Assembly (NCBI RefSeq): GCF_964213995.1
Contig: NC_135808.1
Span: forward strand, 32,178,001-32,242,000
Reading direction: 5' to 3'
Length of the DNA stretch: 64,000 nucleotides
Source of the DNA: Mustelus asterias
Lineage: Eukaryota
Part shown: piece by piece, positions 50,663 through 61,330 of the stretch
How the letters are laid out: each line of letters opens with the position of its first letter
How positions within the stretch are numbered: the stretch's first letter is position 1
Translations under genes and position numbers: made by a program
Notes under the pieces: generated by a model
Database searches by the model: none
Told to the model about the DNA's origin: nothing
What the model saw: only the letters and a program-made list of their open reading frames with translations

Positions 50663-52797
50663 ACGTGGACATGCCGGCGTTGGACTGGGGTGGGCACAGT
50701 AAGGAGTCTAACAACACCAGGTTAAAGTCCAACAGGTTTATTTGGTAGCAAACGCCACTAGCTTTCGGAGCGTTGCTCCTTCGTCAGGTGAGTGGGAGAT
50801 CTGCTCATACACAGCAAACAGGGCATATAAAGACACAAACTCAATTTACAGAATAATGAATAATGATTGGAATGTGAGTCTTTACAGCTAATCGAGTCTT
50901 AAAGGTACAGACAATGTGAGTGGAGAGAGCATTAGCACAGGTTAAAGAGATGTGTATTTCTCCAGACAGGACAGCCAATGAGACTTTGCAAGTCCAGGCA
51001 AGTTGTGGGAGTTACAGATAGTGTGACATGAAACCAAGATCCCGGTTTAGGCCGTCCTCATGTGTGCGGAACCTGGCTATCAGTCTCTGCCCAGCGACTC
51101 TGCGCTGTCGTGTGTTGTGAAGGCCGCCTTGGAGAACGCTTACCCGAATATCAGAGGCCGAATGCTCGTGACCGCTGAAGTGCTCCCCAACAGGAAGAGA
51201 ACACTCTTGCCTGGTGATAGTCGAGCGGTGTTCATTCATCCGTTGTCGTAGCGTCTGCATGGTTTCCCCAATGCACCATGCCTCGGGTCATCCTTTCCTT
51301 CAGCGTATCAGGTAGACAATGTTGGCCGAGTTGTAAAAGTATGTACCGTGTACCTTGTGGATGGTGTTCTCATGTGAGATGATGGCATCCGTGTCGATGA
51401 TCCGCACGTCTTGCAGCGGTTGCTGTGGCAGGGTTGTGTGGTGTCGTGGTCACTGTTCTCCTGAAGGCTGGGTAGTTTGCTGCGGACAATGGCACTCGGC
51501 ACTCTACACCAGCATCCCCCACGATGATGGCATTTCTGCGACTGCCTCAGTACTCAACGCCAACAACTGCCAGTTTCCAGATGCAATTTTACAACTCATC
51601 CGCTTCATCCTGGACCACAATGTCTTCACCTTCAACAACCAGTTCTTCACCAGACACACGGAACAGCCATGGGGACCAAATTCGCCCCTCAATATGCCAA
51701 CATCTTCATGTACAGGTTCGAACAAGACCTCTTCACCGCACAGGACCTTCAACCGATGCTATACACTAGATACATCGATGACATTTTCTTCCTTTGGAGT
51801 CATGGTGAGCAATCACTGAAACAACTATATGGTGACATCAACAAGTTCCATCCCACCATCAGACGCACCATGGACTACTCTCCGGAATCGGTTGCATTCT
51901 TGGACACATGCATCTCCATTAAGGGCGGTCACCTCAGCACCTCACTGTACCGCAAACCCACGGATAACCTCACGATGCTCCACTTCTCCAGCTTCCACCG
52001 TAAACACGTTAAAGAAGCCATCCCCTACGGACAAGCCCTCCGAATACACAGGATCCACTCGGATGAGGAGGATCACAACAGACACCTCCAGTCACTGAAA
52101 GATGCCCTCATAAGAACAGGATATGGCGCTCGACTCATCGATCAACAGTTCCGATGCGCCACAGCGAAAAACCGCACCAACCTCCTCAGAAGACAAACAC
52201 GGGACACGCAGGAAAGGATGTCCCGAGGCATGGTACATTGGGGAGACATGCAGACGCTACGACAACGGATGAATGAACACCGCTCGACAATCACCAGGCA
52301 AGACTGTTCTCTTCCTGCTGGGGAGCACTTCAGCGGTCACAGGCATTCGGCCTCTGATATTTGGGTAAGCGTTCTCCAAGGCAGCCTTCACAACACACGA
52401 CAGCGCAGAGTCGCTGAGCAGAGACTGATAGCCAGGTTCCGCACACATGAGGACGACCTCTACTGGGATCTTGAGTTCATGTCACACTATCTGTAACTCC
52501 CACAACTTGCCTGGACTTGCAAAGTCTCACTGGCTGTCCTGTCTGGAGGCAATACACATTTCTTTAATCTGTGCTTAATGCTCTCTCCACTCACATTGTC
52601 TGTACCTTTAAGACTCGATTAGCTGTAAAGACTCGCATTCCAAACATTATTCTGTAAATTGAGTTTGTGTCTTTATATGCCCTGTTTGTGAACAGAACTC
52701 CCACTCACCTGACGAAGGGGCAGCGCTCCGAAAGCTAGTGGCGTTTGCTACCAAATAAACCTGTTGAGCTTTAACCTGGTGCTGTTAAACTTCTTAC
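50663..52797. mobile_element. 2.1-kb fold-back Penelope-like element inside an HE1 SINE
   Basis: Minus-strand 3' end (50663 to about 51490) joined to plus-strand RT/GIY-YIG (ORF 51669-52496); TSD tgtgtggagtttg/tgtgtagagtttg. Confidence 0.9.
52706..52740 (+). ncRNA. Minimal type I hammerhead ribozyme motif in Penelope pLTR (representative copy)
   Basis: CAC-CTGACGA-A-GGGGC-AGC-GCTCC-GAAA-GC-TA-GTG: hammerhead core, stem II hairpin, palindromic stem III and stem I CAC/GTG. Confidence 0.7.
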
Positions 52798-53051
52798 TGT
52801 GTAGAGTTTGCACAGAGATGGTCAGTCACCTGCGTCTGTGTGGGTTTCTTCCGGGTGCTCCAGTTTCTTCCCACACTCCAAAGATGTGCAGGTTAGCTGG
52901 ATTGGCCTTGCTAAATTGACCCTAGTGTCACAAGATGTGAAGGTTAGGGGGATTAGTAGGGTAAATACGTAGGGTTAAGGGGATAGGACCGGGGGTGGGC
53001 CTGGGTAGTGCACCCTTCTGCACTGTAGGGAATGTATGATTCATCACTCAC

Positions 53052-53179
53052 CAGTGATTGTATCTTCTCCTCGCTCCCCGCTGCCCTGGCTCGCTAGACC
53101 ATTCCTCTCATTAGTGCTAGCGCAGCCAGGAGCCCCAGCACTGGGCCCGAAGAAATCATCTCACTCAGCCCCCCGACTC
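53052..53179 (-). CDS. MHC class I-like gene, connecting peptide/TM exon with TAG at 53094-53096
   Basis: tttttatgcag|GA GTC..., phase 1 matching alpha3; GVGGLSEMISSGPVLGLLAALALMRGMV*; strong donor CTG|gtgagt. Confidence 0.7.
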
Positions 53180-54062
53180 CTGCATAAAAACACACACAAT
53201 CACGTGAAGGAGCAACGACAGTGAAATGCCAGCAGCTGAATGTCCGAATCCCCCCCCTCCAACCCCCTTCACCACGCTCGCTATCGGTGCTGATAATGGA
53301 GGCACCCCTCCTCCCCCCGTCCACCATTTACCCCTCCCACCCCCCCAAAACAACGATCTGCCCAAACGCTCAACTTCCAATTCTCGCAACAACAGGTATT
53401 GAGACACAGACAATGGGTGGCCCATTCTAACCCTGCCCCACCTTTGAATGGGTAAAACCCAGCGTCCGAATCGCTCGCCGCTTCCTGAGTGACTGCCCAG
53501 AGTGGGTATACCTGCCCCGCTTGACGTTGACCTTTGAGGCCTTGTAAAATCCCGACAAAAAAAAGGTGGGCTGACCGAGATTCTGAATGTAAAAGTGAAC
53601 TGAGGGTGTTGGGGGCGTGGGCAGTGGTGTGGTCACCAGCTTTGTTGCTCACTCCATGGGGATCTGCTACGTGCCAACATGTCTCAAACACCCACACACC
53701 TCAACAACACAACCCGGGTCCCCCGCTTCACCCCTTATAAGGAACTGGAGGTAAAACATGCATTTATGCCGTGAGAAATTGAGGCCAAACACTAATGTGT
53801 GTAGATTTGTGATGGAAAAGGGTGGAGGGGGGTGGTCAACTTATAAAGCGAGTATTTGCCAAAATATGTTTCTTAGGGCGGGAAAAATGGCGTTGATTTA
53901 TATGCTGTGATCTACGGTACCTCTTAACCATCACTATTCCAAGAAAAACAGTCCAAATCTTTCCCATCTTTCTTCACAACTGAGGCCCCTCTTCCATCAC
54001 AAACCTCCCCGTGTACATTTCTGTACATCTTTCCTATTGTGTGGCATCTGGAATTATCCACA

Positions 54063-54400
54063 GGGCGGCACGGTAGCACAGTGGTTAGCACTGCTGCTTC
54101 ACAGCTCCAGGGACCTGGGTTCGAATCCCGGCTCGGGTCACTGTCTGTGTGGAGTTTGCACATTCTCCTCGTGTCTGCGTGGGTTTCCTCCGGGTGCTCC
54201 GGTTTCCTCCCACAGTCCAAAGATGTGCGGGCTAGGTTGATTGGCCATTCTAAATTGCCCCTTAGTGTCCCGGGATGCATAGGTTAGAGGGATTAGTGGG
54301 TAAATATGTAGGGATATGGGGATAGGGCCTGGGTGGGATTGTGGTTGGTGCAGACTCGATGGGCCGAATGGCCTCTTTCTGTACTGTAGGGTTCTATGAT
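54063..54400 (+). mobile_element. Young HE1-like V-SINE (further copies at about 5270, 8540, 13615, 14720, 29000, 32053, 36357, 39472, 39985, 48288, 49765, 50567, 61468)
   Basis: Full length; near-identical to the 43613 and 4805 copies. Confidence 0.9.
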
Positions 54401-56230
54401 TAGTCTCCACCTGAGTCTGAAGCAATGGCTTATTAAGTCCTACATGCCATGATTTGAGTTTATATTCTGTGCCTCTCTTTATAAACTGAAGTAACCCATC
54501 CACTTTGATAACCACCTGATCACCAGAAGAACACAAGTTACAGGAGCAGGAACTGAGGACTTGGCCTGTTGAGACTGCTCTCCCATTCTATATATTCCTG
54601 GCTGGTCTTGGGCATCAACGCCAACTTTCCCATTATTCCCCATATTCCTTAATTCCCCAAGAGACCAGAAATCTGTCTATCCCAGCCTTAAATATCTTCA
54701 ATGATGGAACATCCAGAGCTGTCTGGAGTTGAGAATTTCAAAGATTCGCAACCCTTTGAATGAAGGAATTTCTCCTATTCTCAGTCCTAAATGGCGCCCC
54801 CCCCCCCCCCCCGCCCCCCCCTTACCGTAAGACTCCCCCCAGCATGTTTAAATGTGTTGTGCCAACTTTTTCAGGATTTGACTATGTGGTCACCAAGGAC
54901 GGGATTTTTCAGTCCTTCCCACTGGTGGATTTTCCAGTCCCGGCAATAGGATCTTCCGGTCCTGCCAAAAGGAAATCCCCCCAGAATGCAGGTTCCCCAC
55001 AATGCAGGTTCCCCACCAGCAAGATGGGTGACTCATACATAACACCGCAGACATGGACGGGACTTGAAGATCCATCAGCGAGTAACGGTAAAGTACATTC
55101 GTCAGCAGGAAACACACCATGGGGGAGGGGGGGGGGGTCGGGGTTGGTTTATGGGGATGGAAGATCCCATCCCGAGTTTTCACTTTTCAAAATGGCGGCC
55201 GTTAGTGATACTCTTTTTCCACATTAATCCTCCAAAGCTGCATCACTTCTTCGCGATGTTAAACTCAATTCGCCTGGTTTCTGCCCTTTTCGCCACTCCG
55301 CTTATGTCAACCTGAAGCTTCTATAACTGACCTCATCACCATCTGTGACTCTGCCAAGTCTGCAAAGTGGATGAAGCTGTTCCCTGCTCCTGGGCCTGGC
55401 TTGTTGATGCGACATGTGAGAAGATCAGTGGACCCATTTTCAAACACTGTGGCAAGCCACTCTCAGTCTGAACAACATCCACCCCCACCTTTTGCTTCCC
55501 ATCGCTGAGCTGGTGTTGTTTACTCTCCGCTTCATTCCACCTCTTGTCCAAAGCCTCCCATGTGGCACTTTGTCAAGTGCCCTCTGAAAGTCAACATGCC
55601 CACCTCGATGCACCTTCTACTCTGCCACCTCGATGCACCTTCTCTTCCAGCCCTCCAGGAACTCAGTCAAGGGGTTAGTCTTGGTCAAAATTGCAATGGC
55701 TTGCTTGGGTATCTATAAAACCCAGGCGGGCGAGTGCATGTTTGACCCCTGACCTCACCATGATTGACATTGTTTGTAGTTGACACTCAGTTACTCTCCA
55801 GCCCAAATGTTGGTCAACACTTATCATTTGACCTCTCCTCACTCTTCCATTTGTTCCACCAAACTGTCTCCCGCCCTTCCCTCCCCCACCTCCACCCCCC
55901 AACCCCTCCACCTCCGGTTACCCCATTTCAGTTCCCATTGGCAGGTCGAGAGTCAGGAAGTGTAAATACACATTTAATCTATTCAGGAAAAGGAGAGATG
56001 AGGACATTTTATCATCCAGCAAGGCGCTGTGAGTGGCAGTAAATGGGCAGAGGGAGCAGGAATGACTGTCAAAAAGGAAATAGATATCTTTCTAAGGGAC
56101 GGCTTTGCAAGGCAGTGGAGAGTGAACTTGGCCAGTGCTTGCCTGTTTGGCCCAGCCTTTCAGAGAGCTGGAATGGGCATGATGGCCCGAATGGCCATCG
56201 TTGGTGCTCTATCTTTCTGTGATAACTTAC

Positions 56231-56506
56231 CTGCCCTCACTGCCAGTGCCCTGGGCAGGCTGCTGTGTTGAACCTGACACGTGTAGCTCTTTGGGTTGTT
56301 GCCATTCAGGTCAATGAGAATCTCCATTCTGTACGTGGCATCCTGGTTTGGTAGAATCGTCACCGTAATGTCATCCACCACAGGCTCTCCATCCCGCAAC
56401 CAGGTGGCATTGACAGCACGGGGATAGAAAGGAGTGACAAGGCACAGGAGAGACCGGGGCGCCGCACCAGTGAGGTTCGTATTGAAAACCAGCACCTCAG
56501 GGGCAA
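56231..56506 (-). CDS. MHC class I-like gene, alpha3 exon (C1-set Ig)
   Basis: ttcctcag|TT GCC CCT GAG...GCA G|gtaagt; 276 nt, phase 1/1; LLCLVTPFYP..V..TWLRDGE, LPNQDATY, YTCQVQHSSL. Confidence 0.92.
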
Positions 56507-56584
56507 CTGAGGAAGAACAAAGAATCGGAAGCACTATTTCAGGAAACTTAAATTCAATCTTCAAGCCGTACGTCACATTCAGAA

Positions 56585-58480
56585 TCATAGAAATATAGAA
56601 ACATAGAAACTAGAAACAGGAGGAGGCCATTCGACCTTTCGAGCTGCTCCATCATTCATTTTGATCATGGCTGATCATCATTCAATATCCTGATTTCCCC
56701 TCTTCCTCCCATATCCCTTGATCCCTTTAGCCTCAAGAGCTCTATCTTCTTGAAATTAGACATTTTGGCCTCAACTACATTCTGTGGTAGTGAATTCCAC
56801 ACATTCACCACCCTCTGGGTGAAGAAATTTCTCCTCATCTCAGTTTTAAAAGGTTTACCCCTTATCCTCAAACTGTGACCCCTAGTTCTGGACTACCCAA
56901 CATTGGGAACATTCTTTCTGAATCCTCCCTGTCTAAACCCTATTCGAATTTTATAAGTTTCTATTAGATCCCTTCTCACTCTATAATCCTAACTGATTTA
57001 GTCCCTCCATATATGACAGACCTGCCATCAGCCTGGTAAACCTTCATTGTACTCCCTCTATAGCAAGGACATCCTTCCTCAGATAAGGTCACCACTGCAC
57101 ATAATACTTCAAGTGTGACCTCAACAACGTCCTGTACAATTGCTGTAAAACACCCCTACTTCTATACTCAAATCCTCCGCTATGAAGGCCAACATACCAT
57201 TTGCCTTCTTTACTGCCTGCTGCACCTGCGCACTTACTTTCAGCGACTGATGCACGAGGACACCAAGGTCTCATTGAGTATCCACCTCTCTCAATTTACA
57301 CCCATTCAAGTAATAATCTGTCTTCGTATTATTGTTCCCAAAGTGGATAACCTCATACTTATCCATATTATACTGCATCTGCCATGCATATGCTCACACA
57401 CTCAGCCTGTCCAAATCACACTGAAGCATGTCTTCACCCTCCTCACAGCTCACCCTCCCACCCAACTTTGTATCAGCTGCAAATCTGGAGATAATACATT
57501 CAGTTCCATCTTCCAAACCATTAATATATAATGTGAACAGTTGGGATCCTAGCACAGATCCCTGCGGAACCCCACTAGTCACTGCCTACCAATCGGAAAA
57601 AATCCATTTACGCCATCTCTTTTCTTCCTGTCTGCTGAGCAGCTTTCTATCCATCTCAAGACACTACCCGCAATCCCTTGCGCTTTAACTTTACATAGTA
57701 GTGAGCTCTGTGAGTCCTTTTCAAAAGCCTTCTGAAAGTCTAAATGAACCACATCCACCGGTTCTCCTTGGTCAACTCCACTAGTTACATCCTCAAAAGA
57801 ATTCCAATAGGTTCGTCAGGCATGATTTCCCTTCTGTAAATCCATGCTGACTTTGTCTGATTATACCACTGTTTTCCAAATGCTGAGTTATGGAATCCTT
57901 TATAATGGACTCCAGCAACTTCCCCAGTACCGACGTTAGGGTCACTGGTCTATAGTTCCCTGTTTTCTCTCCACCTCTCTTTTTGAATAACAGGCTTACA
58001 TTAACTACTCTCCAATTGGTAGGAATCAATCCCGAGTCCAAGGAATTTTGGAAAATGACCACCAATGGATCACTATTTCCAGGGCCACTTCCTTAAGTAC
58101 CCTAGGATGAAGATTATCAGGCCCTGGAGATTTATCTACCTTCAATCCCATCAATTTCCCCAAAACTATTTCTCTATTAATGCTGATTTTCTTCAGCTCC
58201 TCATTAAAACTTGTTCTCTCAGAACTTCTGGTACATTATTCATGTCTTCCTTTGTGAAGACAGAAGCAAAGTAAACATTTAGTTCCTCAGCCATTTCTTT
58301 GTTTCTCATTATGAATTCTCCTGTTTCTGATTGTAAGAGGCCGACATGCATTCTTGTCAATCTTTTTCTCTTTACATACCTACAGAAACTTTTACAGTCA
58401 GTATTTATGTTCCCCACTAGCTTACTTTCATACTCTATTTCCCCCTTCTTAGTCAACCCCTTGGTCCTCCTTAAAAATCT
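56585..58480 (-). mobile_element. CR1 LINE filling the alpha2-alpha3 intron
   Basis: GNYRPVTLTSV, QHGF, SGVPQGSVLG motifs; ttctatg tail. Confidence 0.85.
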
Positions 58481-58509
58481 GAATCTCGATCCACTCTTAA
58501 TCCACTTGC

Positions 58510-58767
58510 CTTTTCTTTCCAGGGCTGCTTTACCAGCTTGAAGAGTTTTCTGCAGATGTTGAACACAGCTGGTGTGTAGTAAGTGGACGAAAGTGATATG
58601 AGTGTTGAGGATTTGTTGTAACTGTACTGTCAGCATACTGAAGAAGCCTGACCCCCTGCAACGCACTGTGGTCATTTCACATTGAATCTCTCCATAGTCA
58701 CTTTTTATCCTTATCAAGCTGTTGTTTTGTAGCGAACAGCTCCAGAGCCCCTGGATGTACTGGATCC
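58510..58767 (-). CDS. MHC class I-like gene, alpha2 exon (divergent, non-classical)
   Basis: tttggcag|GG ATC CAG..., phase 1, 258 nt. GIQYIQGLWSC...LLHTSCVQHLQKTLQAGKAALERK with C101/C164-equivalent cysteines. Donor AAAG|GCAAGT (GC-AG). Confidence 0.8.
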
Positions 58768-59774
58768 CTGCCAAAGATCAACAGGTCAACACAACATTAC
58801 AAGCTGAAATCTCCATGTGTCTCTCACTCTGCTGGGCAAAGCATAATTCCCCCACCCCGCCCCACAAGAAGAAACAGATATCCACCCGATCAGGCCCCTT
58901 CATGATCTTATATTTTTCAATGAGATCACCTCTTCGTGAGTATAGGTCCAACCTGCTCAACCTTTCCTCATAAGATAAGCCCTTTTTTCCAGGAATGAAG
59001 TCAGTGACTCATTCCTGAACTGCTTTTAAAGCAGTTTTATATATTTTTTAATAAGGAGGCTAAAACTGTACACCAGATGGGGTCTCACTGAGGCCACGTA
59101 CAGCTGCAGTTAAACTTCCCTACTTTTATATTCCTCTGCCAATAAACACCAACATTTGATTTGCCTACCTCATCACTTGTTGCACCTGCATGCCAACTTG
59201 GTGTGATTTGTGTACCAGGACACCCAGCTCCCTCTGTACCGTAGACCTCGGCAACCTCTATGTATTCTTCCTGTCAAAGTGAACAAGCTCCCATTTTTCC
59301 ACATTATACTCCATCTGCCAAATTCTAGTCCACTCACTTCACCTGTCCCATGTCGCTTCATAAATTCCCCAGTTCCTCTTGATAACTTACTTTCCAACCT
59401 ACCTTGGTGTCAGGGGCAAACTTAACTACCATACACACAGTCCCTTCATCCAAGTCATTGCTATAGATTGAAAGTTGTTGAGGACCCAGCACTGATCCCA
59501 CGGCAGGCACTCCATTAGTTACAGCTTGCCAATCCAAAAAAATACCCATTTGTCCCTACTCTCTGTATTCTAAGTATCTTTCTGTAACTTCCTTAATAAT
59601 GGATTCTAGCAATTTCCTGATGGCTAGTTAGGTTAATTGGCGTTAGGCTAACTGACCGATCATTTATTGCTTTCTCACCCCTTCCTTTCTAGATTAAAGG
59701 TGTTAAATTAGTTATTTTCCAATTTGCTAGAACTTTTCCAGAATCGAAGGAAGTTTGGAATATTATAACCAATG

Positions 59775-61330
59775 TGTCTGCTATTGGTAAATGTGAGGTC
59801 ATCCATTTTGGTAGGAATAACAGCAAAATGGACTATTATTTAAATGGTAAAAAATTGCAGCATGCTGCTGTGCAGTGGGACCTGGGTGTCCTTGTGCAGG
59901 AATCTCAAGGAGTTGGTTTGCAGGTGCAGCAGGTAATTAAAAAGGCAAATGGAATTTTGTCCTTCATTGCTAGATGGATGGAGTTGAAAAACAGCGAGGT
60001 TATGTTGCAGCTGTATAAGGTGCTGGTGAGGCCACACCTGGAATACCGTGTACTGTTTTGGTCTCCTTACTTGGGAAAGGATATACTGGCACTGGAGGGG
60101 GTGCAGAGGAGATTCACTAGGTTGATTCCGGAGTTGAGAGGGTTGGCTTATGAGGAGAGACTGAGTAGACTGGGGCTATACTCATTGGAATTACGAAGAA
60201 TAAGGGGAGATCTTATAGAAACATGTAAGATTATGAAGGGAACAGATAAGATAGAAGCAGGGAAGTTGTTTCCATTGGTAGGTGAAACCAGAACTAGGGG
60301 GCATGGCCTCAAAATGAGGGGGAGCAGATTTAGGACTGAGTGGCAGATGGAGATGGAGTTTAATCCGGACAAATGTGAGGTAATGCATTTTGGAAGGTCT
60401 AATACAGATAGGAAATATACAGTAAATGGCAGAACCCTTAAGAGTATTGATAGGCAAAGGGATCTGGGTGTACAGGTACACAGGCCACTGAAAGTGGCAA
60501 TGCAGGTGGAGAAAGTCAAGAAGGCATACAGCATGCTTGCCTTCATTGGCCGGGGCATTGAGTTTAAAAATTGGCAAGTCATGTTGCAGCTTTATCGAAC
60601 CTTAGTTAGGCCGCACTTGGAATATAGTGTTCAATTCTGGTCACCACACTACCAGAAGGATGTGGAGGCTTTGGAGAGGGTACGGAAAAGATTTACCAGG
60701 ATGTTGCTTGGTATGGAGGGCATTAGCTATGAGGAGAGGTTGGAGAAACTTGGTTTGTTCTCACTGGACTGACGGAAGTTGAGGGGAGACCTGATAGAAG
60801 TCTACAAGATTATGAGAGGCATGGACAGAGTGGATAGTCAGAAGCTTTTTCCCAGGGTGGAAGAGTCAATTACTAGGGGGCACAGGTTTAAGGTGCGAGG
60901 GGCAAGATTTAAAGGAGATGTACGAGGCAGATTTTTTACGCAGAGGGTGGTGGATGCCTGGAACTCGTTGCCGGGGGAGGTAGTGGAAGCGGATACGGTA
61001 GTGAGTTTTAAGGGGCGTCTTGACAAATACATGAGTAGGATGGGAATAGAGGAATATGGTCCCCGGAAGGGTAGGGGGTTTTTGTTCAGTCGGGCAGCAT
61101 GGTCGGTGCAGGCTTGGAGGGCCGAAGGGCCTGTTCCTGTGCTGCAATTTTCTTTGTTCTTTGTTCTTTGAGGAGGAACTTCTTCACACAAAGGGTTGTG
61201 AATCTGTGGAATTCCCTGCCCAGTGAAGCAGTTGAGACTACCTCATTGAATGTTTTTAAGGCAAGAATAGGTAAATTTTTGAACAGTAAAGGAATTAAGG
61301 GTTATGGTGAGGGGCGGGTAAGTGGAGCTC
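59775..61330 (+). mobile_element. CR1 3' fragment with a second CR1 family nested at about 60341-61169
   Basis: The host sequence resumes at tgaggaggaac after the insert's ttctttg tail. Confidence 0.85.

Noticed and set aside
54063-54135. tRNA-like A/B boxes (many copies)
   Set aside because: SINE heads continuous with the V-domain, not tRNA genes.
58193-58774. 193-aa ORF apparently fusing MHC alpha2 to a LINE protein
   Set aside because: Read-through past the GC donor into an intronic CR1.
59774-60772. 332-aa ORF with a duplicated domain
   Set aside because: Chance in-frame nesting of one CR1 3' fragment inside another; not a host gene.
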